64,000 nt of DNA from an uncultured delta proteobacterium (GTDB taxonomy: Bacteria; Desulfobacterota; Binatia; Binatales; Binataceae): assembly GCA_963806485.1 (NCBI GenBank), contig CAWDXY010000004.1, positions 893,349-957,348 on the forward strand, given 5' to 3'. The notes below the pieces were generated by a model. The model had not been told where the DNA came from. It did no database searches and was given only the letters and a program-made list of their open reading frames with translations. This document shows, piece after piece, positions 50,461 through 60,984 of the stretch. The number at the start of each line of letters is the position of its first letter. Position 1 is the first letter of the stretch. The position numbers and the translations under genes are program-made.

Positions 50461-51228
50461 CTAATGCAATCGAGCTCCCACAGCCATGCAGGGTGGACAT
50501 GCAGGTGGTGGAGGAGATGTAGCAGGAGCACCTGTGACTCCGATTGCCGCGAGTCCGACTGGCCCCGGTGTAAGTGGCGCGTGCAAACAGGGAACCGTCG
50601 TTGCGTAACCCTGATTAACCTTCGCCGTCGTCGTGCGATTTTGAGAATTGGCGACTTCGACAACTCCCGAAAACACTTCGACATCCGTATATGTACCACA
50701 GCCACCAAATCCAGGGCGGGCAAAACCCTGGCTGAATCGAACGTTAAAATCTGTGCCGCGGACCCCGCACACTGCGTTTGCCGTCCGCACACCGAAGCCG
50801 GTCCCGCCCGCGCCAATGGCATGTACGATCGAGCGCAGCCTGCCAGTGACTAGTCCGATCATAGTGCCGGCGGCCGGCGCTGGACCGATCTCAACCTGAT
50901 CGATTGTTATCGAGCTGGAGGGTCCAACTTCCAGTTGGTTGCCGCCGATGAGCGCTATACTGGCGGAAGAAGACAGCCCGGTCGTGAACTGGTCGTTCAA
51001 GTACACGTCCGACGACTCGGTCGGCACGGTCTTTCGTCCACTCCTCGTTAGCTCAACGGTGCCTCTGATCTCCTTGACCGAACCGACAGGACCAGAGGCT
51101 GCCGCGTTAACTGGAATCGCGCGCTCGAGGAACGTGGCTAAGAACAAAATGCCAACTGCTATTATGTTGACCGCTGGTCGCGTTTTCGATGGGTTGGATA
51201 CCCTGTGCGCCTGAGAACCCCAGACCAC
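50461..51228 (-). CDS. FecR-domain protein, secreted
   Basis: Signal/TM N-terminus; LNDQFTTGLSSSASIALIGGNQLEVGPSSSITI and GVRGTDFNV match FecR-domain hallmarks. Confidence 0.55.
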   Translation of the reverse strand: MVWGSQAHRVSNPSKTRPAVNIIAVGILFLATFLERAIPVNAAASGPVGSVKEIRGTVELTRSGRKTVPTESSDVYLNDQFTTGLSSSASIALIGGNQLEVGPSSSITIDQVEIGPAPAAGTMIGLVTGRLRSIVHAIGAGGTGFGVRTANAVCGVRGTDFNVRFSQGFARPGFGGCGTYTDVEVFSGVVEVANSQNRTTTAKVNQGYATTVPCLHAPLTPGPVGLAAIGVTGAPATSPPPPACPPCMAVGARLH

Positions 51229-51456
51229 TACTCGCCCCTTTCCGTGAGGACCATGTCAACTCGGGGGAAGAAAGCCGCTGGCGGATTGCGTGGAGCGGTA
51301 ATTCGACGCGGCCAGCAATTGACTCCCCGGTGCAAGGCGCCTTATATGCTGAAAATCGATGCGTAGTCAAGGCAAAGAAGAAGCGTCCAGACACGCGGTA
51401 ATTGCAAGAGCAAATCTGCTCCTTAAACCTGTGTTTCCAGCATTGACGAGCTAACA

Positions 51457-53700
51457 ATGGCTACTAGTCGGCCAAGTCCTCGAAGTCGGGCAGCTGTTAC
51501 TATTTCGATCGGGCTGGCCGTCGTCATCGCCGTATCAGTCTGGGCGGTCTATTTCCCGTCGACAATGCGGCGCCTGGACCTGATGGCTTTCGACGCTCTG
51601 CTGTATCGTCGAGGCGCGATCGCGCCAACGGGCACTGTTGTGATTGCGAGTATTGATGACCGTAGTATCGCTAAACTGGGGCGCTGGGCGTGGCCGCGCG
51701 CGACTGATGCCCGCCTTCTGGACGCTCTACGAGACTACGGGGTCGCAGTAGTCGGGTTTGATCTGGTGTTTAGTGACCCCGAGCCGGCTGATCTCGAGCG
51801 TCACAGAATTGCTCCACTTCTAGGTCATCTTCGTATCAATCAAGCCGCTGTCAACGAGATCTTGGGCCCGGAAAATGACGCCGCTTTCGCCCGCTCGATC
51901 ACGAATCAGGGTTCGACGTACATCGGCTATTTCTTTGATAGTCCAGAACTCGCGACAAAGACCCAAATCCCGCCGTCCGCAGTCAAGAAAACCGTTCTCC
52001 TCGATCCTCCTCCGATCTCCTACGGCATCGTACGCAAGAGAACGTCCGCTCCTCTGGACCCACTCACTGTGAACGCCTACTTGCCCCCTATTCCTGAATT
52101 AAACGAAGCGGCTCGGGGAACCGGCTACATCAACGTCAAAGAAGACATCGAAGGTGAGGCCCGCTCCTTTCCGACCGTGATTCGATTTAAAGACCACTAC
52201 TGCGTACCGCTCTTTCTGGCGCTCGTGGACGCTTATTTGAAAAATCCCCCGCTCGGTCTTGATTTTAACGAATTCGGTGTGGCTTCCGTTCGTATGGGGA
52301 ACAAACCAATTCCTGTCGACGATACGGGTGGGATGATTATCCGGTTCCGTGGTCCAGCAGGAACGATGCCGCAGTACTCGGCGGTTGATATCATTGAGCA
52401 TCGGGTCCCCGCGCAGGCGCTGAAAGGCAAGATTGTCATCGTGGGAGTTACGGCCACTGCCCTCGGCGACCGTTTTGCCACGGCGGTTGGCAATAATTTT
52501 CCCGGGGTCGAGGTTCAGGCCACAGCTGCCGATAACGTACTCAAGGGCGACTTTGTTCATCACTCTTACGAAGCAGAAGCCGAAGAGCGTTTCGCCGGGG
52601 GAATACTGGGCATCACGATTACGCTCGCAGCAGCTTACCTGGCTCCTGTCTATAGCCTTGCAATGATGGTGGTCCTCGCCGCGGGTTACGTAATGTACTC
52701 GATTAGGCGACTCGATTCCGACGGTGCATTGGTTGGAATCGCATTCCCGTCAGTAACTCTGTCGATCACTTACCTGGTCGTCGTCAGTTATCGCTACGTC
52801 ACGGAGGGGCTTGATAAACGCCGCCTACGGCGGGCTTTCGTCCGCTATCTGGCTCCCGCCCTGGTAGACAAGCTTGCCCAGAACCCGTCTGAGTTGAAAC
52901 TTGGAGGCGAGAATAGAGAGATAACTGTTATGTTCGCCGACCTCACGGGTTTCACGGCAGCGTCGACGCGAATGACGCCCGAGGGGCTGACCAACAAGGT
53001 CAACCGATACTTCGAGTACGTCGTCAAGCCTATAGATGACACGGGCGGGTACGCAGATGCATTCGTCGGCGATGCCGTTATGGGGATGTGGGGCGCTCCT
53101 CTTACGGACGAGAAGCATGCCACCAACGCGCTCCGTGCCGCGCTCATGATCATAAGCGGCGTTCGGGTTGCGAGGGAACAGGATCAAGCGCGAGGCGAGC
53201 TTGGTTTCACTATCAAAATTGGAGTCAACAGTGGGCGTACGGTCGTTGGCAATGTCGGCACCAAAAACAGGTATTCGTATACTGCGATGGGCGAGGAGGT
53301 CAATTTAGCCTCGCGACTTGAGGGCGTTCCACCGCTGTATGGATGCGTGATCGTTGCCGGGGAGCACACCCGTAAATTGGCTCAAAGTGATTTCCTGCTC
53401 AGGGAACTGGATTGGCTACTGGTCAAAGGGGCAGCCAAGCCGATGGCGATCTATGAGCCAATAGCTGAACTCGATCGTGCTACTGAAGACCAGAGAAATC
53501 TCGTCGCGCGATTCGCGCAAGCGCTCCAACACTACCGTGCCAAGCGTTTCGTTCAAGCAGCCACGATGTGGGATGACCTGGTCGCAAGCTACGAACCCTC
53601 TCCAAGCCCGTCGTCGGTGATGGCGGCACGAGCACGCGAGCTGATCGCGAATCCTCCGCACGAGAGGTGGGACGGCGTGCACGTCCTAACGAGCAAATGA
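51457..53700 (+). CDS. CHASE2 sensor domain - class III adenylate/guanylate cyclase
   Basis: N-terminal TM + periplasmic CHASE2-like region, three TM helices, then cyclase core ITVMFADLTGFTAAS...DAFVGDAVMGMWGAP...GVNSGRTVVGNVG. Confidence 0.8.
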   Translation: MATSRPSPRSRAAVTISIGLAVVIAVSVWAVYFPSTMRRLDLMAFDALLYRRGAIAPTGTVVIASIDDRSIAKLGRWAWPRATDARLLDALRDYGVAVVGFDLVFSDPEPADLERHRIAPLLGHLRINQAAVNEILGPENDAAFARSITNQGSTYIGYFFDSPELATKTQIPPSAVKKTVLLDPPPISYGIVRKRTSAPLDPLTVNAYLPPIPELNEAARGTGYINVKEDIEGEARSFPTVIRFKDHYCVPLFLALVDAYLKNPPLGLDFNEFGVASVRMGNKPIPVDDTGGMIIRFRGPAGTMPQYSAVDIIEHRVPAQALKGKIVIVGVTATALGDRFATAVGNNFPGVEVQATAADNVLKGDFVHHSYEAEAEERFAGGILGITITLAAAYLAPVYSLAMMVVLAAGYVMYSIRRLDSDGALVGIAFPSVTLSITYLVVVSYRYVTEGLDKRRLRRAFVRYLAPALVDKLAQNPSELKLGGENREITVMFADLTGFTAASTRMTPEGLTNKVNRYFEYVVKPIDDTGGYADAFVGDAVMGMWGAPLTDEKHATNALRAALMIISGVRVAREQDQARGELGFTIKIGVNSGRTVVGNVGTKNRYSYTAMGEEVNLASRLEGVPPLYGCVIVAGEHTRKLAQSDFLLRELDWLLVKGAAKPMAIYEPIAELDRATEDQRNLVARFAQALQHYRAKRFVQAATMWDDLVASYEPSPSPSSVMAARARELIANPPHERWDGVHVLTSK

Positions 53701-53951
53701 TTTTGGTTGACCAAACCGGGAAGTGTTTCGCACACGCGGGTATTGTCATTTGTCCTGGTCGTTGAGACCGCGCTTCGAGAGAAAACCGTCGGACTATCAA
53801 CGAAGCGATCTAGCGTACAACGACGACCAACAGTGGCCGATAGACCGGTCCGAGCCCGCTCCTGGGTACGGTCGCCGACGCTTAGCGAGTCGGCTATGAT
53901 CGCGCCGCGTGCGATCTGAGAGCCCTGAACCCCGCTATCTACAGGGTCCCG

Positions 53952-55094
53952 TTGATAGGAAATTTGGAAATTGAACCTGCACGGCATCGCGTCGCTGTAA
54001 CGACTATCTTCTTTGTAAACGGCTTCGTGCTGGCAAGCTGGGTACCGCACATCCCCGCGATTAAGGCGTACCACGGTATCGGCGATGGTGAACTCGGCCT
54101 GGTTCTCGTCGCGATGCCCCTCGGATCGCTGCTCGCGCTATCAGCCGCCGGAGTACTAATCGGCAAATTCGGAAGCCGCGCGATGACCGCGATGGCTGCG
54201 ATCGCACTTTGCCTCGTACTTCCGCTCCCGATCCTTGCGCCAACACTGGTTTTCTTAGCCGCCGCGCTAGCGGTTCTTGGAGCGTGTGGTGGTTTTCTGG
54301 ACGTCTCGATGAATTCGCAAGCAATCTCGGTCGAAGCCGCTTACGGACGTCCGATCATGTCGTCCTTTCATGCCAGCTACAGTTTGGGCGGCCTGACGGG
54401 CGCCGCTGCAACTGCTGTTGCGCTCAAATTGGGAATCGGTCCGAAACCACATGTGATAACTACCGCTCTCATGACTGTCGCCCTCGCTGCTCTCAGTATC
54501 GGATCACTGGCGCCCTCAGCTGCGCCGACTCGCGATGTCGACCAGCGGAAATCAAACCGCGCTCGCGCGCTGATCGTTCTTGGAACGCTCGCGTTTTTGG
54601 GGCTGCTTGCCGAAGGCTCGATGGCCGACTGGAGCGCGGTCTACCTTCACGATGTCCTGTCCAGTGACGATGCGGTCGCAGCCGCTGGATTCGCTATCTT
54701 CTCGATGATGATGGCGATTGGACGTCTTACGGGCGACTCGATCGTCGCGAGACTCGGTCACGCAAGTTCGCTGCGCTTGTCGGGGCTGCTCGCTGCGTTA
54801 GGCCTCGGTGTGGCCCTATTGATCGACAACCCGCTGGTCGCGATCGTTGGCATTGGAATCATGGGCTTCGGCATAGCAAACGTAATTCCGATCATTTTCG
54901 ACGCCGCGGGAACCAAAGGCGGTGGGCCAACTGGTACCGCCATCGCCACCGTCGCTTCGATAGGCTACTTCGGTTTGCTCGCAGGACCGCCGCTGATCGG
55001 CCTCACCGCCGAGCTGGTCGGCCTTCGCATAGCACTGGCCTATGTATGCGCCGCATGCATCGTCATCGGAGTATTTGCTCGAAAGGTTGCGTAG
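53952..55094 (+). CDS. MFS transporter
   Basis: 12 predicted hydrophobic spans, 380 aa, MFS-like loop motifs. Confidence 0.7.
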   Translation: MIGNLEIEPARHRVAVTTIFFVNGFVLASWVPHIPAIKAYHGIGDGELGLVLVAMPLGSLLALSAAGVLIGKFGSRAMTAMAAIALCLVLPLPILAPTLVFLAAALAVLGACGGFLDVSMNSQAISVEAAYGRPIMSSFHASYSLGGLTGAAATAVALKLGIGPKPHVITTALMTVALAALSIGSLAPSAAPTRDVDQRKSNRARALIVLGTLAFLGLLAEGSMADWSAVYLHDVLSSDDAVAAAGFAIFSMMMAIGRLTGDSIVARLGHASSLRLSGLLAALGLGVALLIDNPLVAIVGIGIMGFGIANVIPIIFDAAGTKGGGPTGTAIATVASIGYFGLLAGPPLIGLTAELVGLRIALAYVCAACIVIGVFARKVA

Positions 55095-55208
55095 TTCCCG
55101 GCAGCCGTACAGTGTGCGATGTGTTCGGCCGGCGTGCGCGCGGGTTCATTTCGAATTGCGCCGAGTCCACTTAGACCTGGGCCGCCCATGCTGCGCGACA
55201 AACCCCTA

Positions 55209-57707
55209 TCACTTCGGTGCGTTGCCGGTCCCGGACAGCGTCACTGTCTGCCTACTACCGTTCGCGTTATCGGTAATCGTCAGCGTTCCGGTCTGCTCGG
55301 CGGCCTCGCTCGGCGTAAACGTCACCGAGATTGTACAGGACTCCCCGAAGGCCAGAGGTCCAAGACAGTGGTTGGTCTCGCTGAATACTCCCGGGTCGGA
55401 AATCATCTCGATCAACACCGTATGCCCTTGACGCTTCTTGGTGCTTTTTGGATTGGACACCTTCACCGTTTTCGGTTTGCTCGACGTTCCGATCGTAGTC
55501 TTCGGAAACTTGAGAGTTGTAGGCTTGATCTTGAGCGTCACCGGCACTGACGTAGGCGTGGCGGTCGGCGTGGCAGTAGCAGTTGCCGTCGGGATTCCCG
55601 ACCCGGTTGCGGTCGCAGTTGGTGTCGGGTTTGCCGTCGCTGTCGCGGTCGGAGTCGCCGTCGGTGTGCCGTCGGTTCCGGTCGCAGTGGCAGTCGGCGT
55701 CGCAGTCTCGCTTGCTGCTGCAGTCGCGGTCGAAGACGCTGTTGGCGTTGCAGTTGCTGTCACAGTAGCTGTAGCGGTCGGACTCGCAGTAGGTGTGGGG
55801 GTTGCCGCGATAGTGCCAGCTCCGCTCAAAGCGACCTGGAACAAGTTCTGAGCGCAACCCGGGCAGTTTACATTCACTTGGTCGTTGTAGGTTTTCGCAA
55901 ATGTCGGTGCGAATTGAACGGTTGCCGTATAAGAGCCACTGGGCTGCAAATCGAATGACTGATTTCCTTGTAGGACAAACGGCGCTGATGGCGGGCTGAA
56001 CGTCCCGATCGCCTCGCTAGCTCCGGTGTTCGACACCATGAACATAGCGGTGGTGCTGGTCCCGATTGGCACCGATCCAAACGGGATACTCAGGGGGCTC
56101 ACTGAAATCACCGGGGTCGCAGTCGGCGTGGGGGTCGGCGCAATAGTCCCGGCTCCGCTCACGCCGACCTGGAAGTTGCTCTGCGCGCACGCTGGGCAGT
56201 TCACAGTCACTTGAGCGCTGGCCGGTGTCGTAGATGTGGGCGAAAACTGAACCATATCCTGCTGAGAGTTACCGGGCTGCAAGTCGAACATCGTGCTTCC
56301 AACCAGGGAAAACGGCGCTGAGGGCGGACTGATCGTCCCGCTCGCCGCAATGGTTCCTGTGTTGGACACCGAGAATGGCAAAGCGGTGCTCGTCCCAATT
56401 GGCACGGATCCAAAGGGCAAACTCAGAGGGCTCACCGAAATCATCGGAGCCGCAGTCGCGGTAGGCGTTGCCGTTGGGGTCGGGGTCGCCGTGATGGTCA
56501 CAGTCGGCGTGGGTGTTGGAACGGGCACCACGCCTCCAAACTCGAACGCGCCGACGTCACAGGCGCAGTATCCGGGCGCGGGTCGCGCCGCGCCGCGCTG
56601 GTCGGTGGCCGGGCATTGATGGGTCAGCGGGACTGCGCCGATCGCATAGCTGCCCGACTCAAGCGCAAGAGTCTCGGTCGGCCCGCCGTTGTTCGCCAGC
56701 CCTGGAGCAAGCGCCAGATTACTGTCTGTGACGCCATCGCCGATCGTATCACCGTTGGCGCCCTTGCCAGTAAAACCACAGCTGGAGTCGTCCGAGATAT
56801 TGTAGCCGCCGTCGGTGACACCGCCCGAACAGTTACCGCCCGAGGTGCTTTCAGCCAATATGCTGTTAGTGACCGTCAGCGTGCCACCATTGTTGTAGAT
56901 GCTTCCGCCGCCGTCCGCCGAGTTGTTGAAGTAGGTACTGTTGCTGACCGTCGTGCTGGCGTAGTTGTAGATGCCGCCGCCGTCCGCCGCTGAGTTGCCC
57001 GAGAAGGTGCTGTTCGTGACCGTCACCAGGCCGTAATCACGATTATTATTTAGGATGCCCCCGCCCACGAACGCCGAGTTGTTGGAGAAGGTGCTGTTGG
57101 TGACTGTTAGAAAGCCTGTGCCATAGATGGCGCCGCCCAAGCCGCCGAAACCTCCTTCTCCCGACGAGTTGCCGGAGAAGGTGCAGTTGGTGACCGTCAG
57201 CGTGTCACCATCATCAAAGATGGTGGCGCCATCGCCCCCGTTGCCGTCAGCAATCTTCAGAAGGTTTAAATTCAGAGTGGCACCCACGTACACAGTCAGC
57301 ACCTGGTAGGAGTTGGCCCCGTCCACAGTGATGGTCTGCCCGGTCTCATCAATCGTCAGACTGCCCGGCGAAGTGTTCGCAATAGCCGGGAGCGTGCTGC
57401 TTAACGTGATCGTGCCGCTGACGCTGAAGTTGATCGTGTCGTTGCCAGTGCTCGCCGCGCATCCGTTTACGGCGGCCTTGGTGTTGGCTGCAGTGATCGC
57501 GTCGCGCAGAGCGCAAACTCCCGGCGAGCCTGGGTCAGCCGTTGTGTTGACTGTTATCGTATTACCGCTGGCGTGCAGCCCGGATTGGGTCAGGACGAGA
57601 CAAACAGGCGCAAGCACGACCAGCAGAGCAACCAGCAATCCCGGCCGCACGATCGCTCTGGAAGCGCGAAAGCTCCAAGCAACCGCATGCGACAAAGCCT
57701 GCGTCAA
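55209..57707 (-). CDS. secreted beta-helix repeat protein with TP-rich linkers and tandem Ig-like domains (paralog of 45892..48585)
   Basis: Signal peptide; GTLTVTNSTFSGNSA rungs; ISVSPLS(L/I)PFGSVPIGTST domains x2; PT linkers. Confidence 0.85.
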   Translation of the reverse strand: MTQALSHAVAWSFRASRAIVRPGLLVALLVVLAPVCLVLTQSGLHASGNTITVNTTADPGSPGVCALRDAITAANTKAAVNGCAASTGNDTINFSVSGTITLSSTLPAIANTSPGSLTIDETGQTITVDGANSYQVLTVYVGATLNLNLLKIADGNGGDGATIFDDGDTLTVTNCTFSGNSSGEGGFGGLGGAIYGTGFLTVTNSTFSNNSAFVGGGILNNNRDYGLVTVTNSTFSGNSAADGGGIYNYASTTVSNSTYFNNSADGGGSIYNNGGTLTVTNSILAESTSGGNCSGGVTDGGYNISDDSSCGFTGKGANGDTIGDGVTDSNLALAPGLANNGGPTETLALESGSYAIGAVPLTHQCPATDQRGAARPAPGYCACDVGAFEFGGVVPVPTPTPTVTITATPTPTATPTATAAPMISVSPLSLPFGSVPIGTSTALPFSVSNTGTIAASGTISPPSAPFSLVGSTMFDLQPGNSQQDMVQFSPTSTTPASAQVTVNCPACAQSNFQVGVSGAGTIAPTPTPTATPVISVSPLSIPFGSVPIGTSTTAMFMVSNTGASEAIGTFSPPSAPFVLQGNQSFDLQPSGSYTATVQFAPTFAKTYNDQVNVNCPGCAQNLFQVALSGAGTIAATPTPTASPTATATVTATATPTASSTATAAASETATPTATATGTDGTPTATPTATATANPTPTATATGSGIPTATATATPTATPTSVPVTLKIKPTTLKFPKTTIGTSSKPKTVKVSNPKSTKKRQGHTVLIEMISDPGVFSETNHCLGPLAFGESCTISVTFTPSEAAEQTGTLTITDNANGSRQTVTLSGTGNAPK

Positions 57708-58327
57708 GTGTCTAGAAGCTGTGCCGAGACCCTCCGTCGAGAATGGTCAAACGTTCTGCCAACTGCTTCGCGCAGGACTGCCACGATCGATCCCCCTTGC
57801 AAGCGTTCAGAAGCGATCCGAGCCTAAGTCGTCTCAGATAATCGTGACGTTAGGTACCGTTGCGCCAGCGCTAAGTCAACCAGTTGTTTGAAGGAGGAGA
57901 ATGGTACAAATTTTGTCTGAAAGTATGTTCAGGGGATTTGCAGCCGAACAGAACCTTTCGCGAATATTATTAACCAAAATCTTTTTAAGTCACGCCAGTC
58001 GCAGGAGCGGCAGCTGTTGGCTTCTCGGCAGTCTTCCCGTCACTCAGGACCACAGAAGCCGCGCTAACTGCATCGTCTTGTCGAAGCGGCATCTCTCTTC
58101 GGGCGCCGCCGGCGCATTGGCCACAGAAATCAAATCCCGGCGGATGTTCGAAGGAGCAAGTTGGGGATCAAGCCGAGCGCAGTTCGGCGCTTCCCGCAGA
58201 ACTTCATGCCGGCCGGATTCTCAAAATTCGCGCTTTGTGCAGCGCATCGGCGGCCTCCGAATCCCGCATGCCAAAGCACAAGTATCGCTGGAACACAGGC
58301 CAAAAAGAAAACAACCAACGTCGCTGA

Positions 58328-58510
58328 CTGCCCACTGAGTGCCCACTCCCAGCTTCCACGGCGTGGTCTGGCGTACCGGCCTTTTTGAGAAGCTCGCGAC
58401 TTTCCTACCTCGCGTCGCCTAAGGTGACGCTTGGTAACCTGGGGCATACGATTTGAAGACCGGTGGGGCCACCGGGCCCCTTCCTCCTCCAGCCCCTTAT
58501 TTACTAAGGA
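58328..58510. repeat. structured intergenic repeat element, copy B
   Basis: See copy A; ~150 nt upstream of sulfotransferase start. Confidence 0.7.
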
Positions 58511-58663
58511 CTCATGGCGGTTTGTACAACCTGCGGATCGGCGAGAGCGATCACCTAATTTTGATTGGCGCAGGGCCAGGCGTCGATGGAGAATCTGATT
58601 CGGGTCGACATTTCAGCACCGTATGTTGTAAGTGTCGTGAACGTCAGCAAGGGAGTCCTGAAA

Positions 58664-59314
58664 ATGGCATTGAAAGTCGTCGGCGCCGGATTCGGACGAA
58701 CCGGCACGCTATCACTCAAGAACGCGCTCGAAAAACTCGGCTTCGGTCCCTGCTATCACATGGCGGAAGTTTTTCCTCGACCCGAGCATGTCGCGAGGTG
58801 GCATCGGCTCGCGTTCGGGCATCCGATGGACTGGGATGAGATCTTCGATGGCTTCCGCGCGACGGTTGATTGGCCGGCGGCGCGATGGTGGCGCGAAATT
58901 GCGGCTCACTACCCTGATGCGAAAGTGCTGCTCTCGGTGCGCGACCCCGAGGCCTGGTACAAGAGCATGCTCGATACGATTTACCAGCCGATGAAATCGC
59001 CAGCGCCCGATGGCGCGCCGGAACTCGTCAGACTCCAGACCGAGATGGGCCGAAAGGCGATCCTGGCCGAAACGTTCGACAATCGCTTCGAGGACAAGGC
59101 TCACACCATCGAAGTCTTCGAGCGGCACAATCAGGAAGTCCGCGACGCGATCGATCCTGTGCGCCTGCTGGTGTTCGACGTGCGGGAAGGTTGGGGGCCG
59201 TTGTGCAGCTTCCTCGAGGTGCCAGTTCCCGAAGAACCGTTCCCGCGGCTCAACGATACGGCTACGACACAGTCGATGATCCGGATGATGCGTGAAGCAA
59301 TTCGCAAAGGTTGA
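58664..59314 (+). CDS. sulfotransferase family protein (start at internal Met MALKVVGAGFGRTGT; GGGAG RBS upstream)
   Basis: PAPS-binding-like N-terminus VVGAGFGRTGTLSLKNALEKLG. Confidence 0.6.
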   Translation: MALKVVGAGFGRTGTLSLKNALEKLGFGPCYHMAEVFPRPEHVARWHRLAFGHPMDWDEIFDGFRATVDWPAARWWREIAAHYPDAKVLLSVRDPEAWYKSMLDTIYQPMKSPAPDGAPELVRLQTEMGRKAILAETFDNRFEDKAHTIEVFERHNQEVRDAIDPVRLLVFDVREGWGPLCSFLEVPVPEEPFPRLNDTATTQSMIRMMREAIRKG

Positions 59315-60136
59315 TTAGGGACGGCGAAGGTCTGCAGCCGGTTGCCTCGCTGAATCAATTTTTTTCAGGTACGGCTCCACGTCGGGAGCGAACGCAGCGT
59401 GCTTGCACAGCTTGGAGAAGTGAGCAAAGGCTCGCGGAAATTCCGCATCCACGCGAGCATGCAGAATCGGCTCGAGACCCTTCTTCTGTAGCTCTGTGGG
59501 TCTCGCCCTTTCGTTGAAGAACAGACTCACTTCGGCAACGAAGCAGATATCCGCGATCGATATGCTATCACCCACCAGGAACTCACGGTCTGGCGACAAC
59601 CCCTGGTCGATTCCCGACGCATAGGTATTAAAGGCTTCGCGCGTTCTCGCGTGAATCTCAGCCGAAACAGTTCCATTGATCAGAGACAGCAGATAGGTCT
59701 GTGAATCGCGGGCAAACACAAGACTCGCGTCAAGAAAGCTGTCGATGCGCGAGGCTTCGTACGCATCGCGGCCATACAATGGAAATCGGCTTTGACCCAG
59801 CCGGGCAACGGCTCGCATGATACTGTTGGATTCGAAAATCCCAGTCTTGCCATCCGGACTGAACGCGGCAGGAACGGTGCCGAACGGATGCGCCTTCATG
59901 AAATCATCAGTCTTATGAAGGGTACCTGTAAAGCCGACCTTACCCGTCTTAGTGTCCGCCGACGTCGCCAGTTCGCCATCCGAAAGAGGACGCGCGTCAA
60001 AGTCCCATAGCCATGATTGCAGCTCCTTGGGCGAGCTTCCTCTTACTTCAATCTCAACCCCACATAGACGCGCTGCTATCGTAGCTTTCCAGATCCGTGG
60101 GTTGGGCAAATATGAAAAAATTCGCACATCACTCAT
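59315..60136 (-). CDS. glutathione S-transferase-like protein (start trimmed to avoid overlap with downstream SDR)
   Basis: Thioredoxin-like N-terminal domain pattern RIFSYLPNPRIWKATIAARLCGVEIEV followed by helical domain. Confidence 0.4.
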   Translation of the reverse strand: MSDVRIFSYLPNPRIWKATIAARLCGVEIEVRGSSPKELQSWLWDFDARPLSDGELATSADTKTGKVGFTGTLHKTDDFMKAHPFGTVPAAFSPDGKTGIFESNSIMRAVARLGQSRFPLYGRDAYEASRIDSFLDASLVFARDSQTYLLSLINGTVSAEIHARTREAFNTYASGIDQGLSPDREFLVGDSISIADICFVAEVSLFFNERARPTELQKKGLEPILHARVDAEFPRAFAHFSKLCKHAAFAPDVEPYLKKIDSARQPAADLRRP

Positions 60137-60165
60137 AAGTCGTCCCTCATAGTCCGGCCTATTTC

Positions 60166-60984
60166 CTACCAGGTCTCGCGAAAGGGCCTGACTTCGACGT
60201 TGAATGACCACGCGCAGCGCTCCTGATGCGCAACATGCCAGATTTCGTCGGCGATTGCGGCGGGCGTGATAAAGAATTCGTTGGGAGCGTCGGGAAAGCG
60301 CTTGCGCGTCCACTCCAGGTCGATAACGGCGTCGATCAGCACGTAGGCGACGTGCACACCTTTAGGTCCCAGCTCGCGAGCAATAGATTCCGCGAGAATC
60401 CGTTGCGCGGCCTTTGTCGGGGCGAAGCCTGCAAAGCTGGCCTTGCCGCGAAGAGCGGAAGTGTTACCGCTGGCTATGATGGCGCCTTGTCCGGCCGCGA
60501 CCATCGCAGGAGCGAGTCGCCGGGCCAGATACAACAGAGCCATGGTATTTACCTGGAAGTTCTGGTTGAGGACCTTTGGATCGATTTCCATAAAGTTTCC
60601 GAAAGCGCCGCCGACCGCGTTGTGGACCAGCACCTTGGGCGCCCCCAGTTCTGCGTGTATCGCATCGATGGTAGCGTCAAGCTTCGCTTCGTCGGTGACA
60701 TCGCATGGATATGCGTGCGAGTTGTCGATTTCCCGTTCGAGCGAAGTGAGGCGCTCGCGATTTCGCGCCAGCATCGCAACCGCGTATCCTCCGCGCGCGA
60801 AGCGCCGCGCGATCGCCGCACCAGTTCCTGGACCTACCCCGGTCACGACTGCAACTGGTTTCTTTTCAGCCACCGGCGGATTCCTTTTTTGATTGGCTTT
60901 GCACGACCCGGTTACTTTCGAGTCGCGCAACGTGGTCTGCGTCGTAGCCCAGTTCCGCGAGGATGGCGGCGTTGTCCGCGCCAA
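60166..60984 (-). CDS. SDR-family oxidoreductase (true start probably internal, near VAVVTGVGPGTG)
   Basis: TGxxxGxG Rossmann motif VAVVTGVGPGTGAAIARRF; active-site region. Confidence 0.7.
   Translation of the reverse strand: MARTTPPSSRNWATTQTTLRDSKVTGSCKANQKRNPPVAEKKPVAVVTGVGPGTGAAIARRFARGGYAVAMLARNRERLTSLEREIDNSHAYPCDVTDEAKLDATIDAIHAELGAPKVLVHNAVGGAFGNFMEIDPKVLNQNFQVNTMALLYLARRLAPAMVAAGQGAIIASGNTSALRGKASFAGFAPTKAAQRILAESIARELGPKGVHVAYVLIDAVIDLEWTRKRFPDAPNEFFITPAAIADEIWHVAHQERCAWSFNVEVRPFRETW

Noticed and set aside
57901-58338. ORF 57901..58338 (+) upstream of repeat copy B
   Set aside because: Arg/Ser-rich composition typical of out-of-frame high-GC DNA, no RBS or motif
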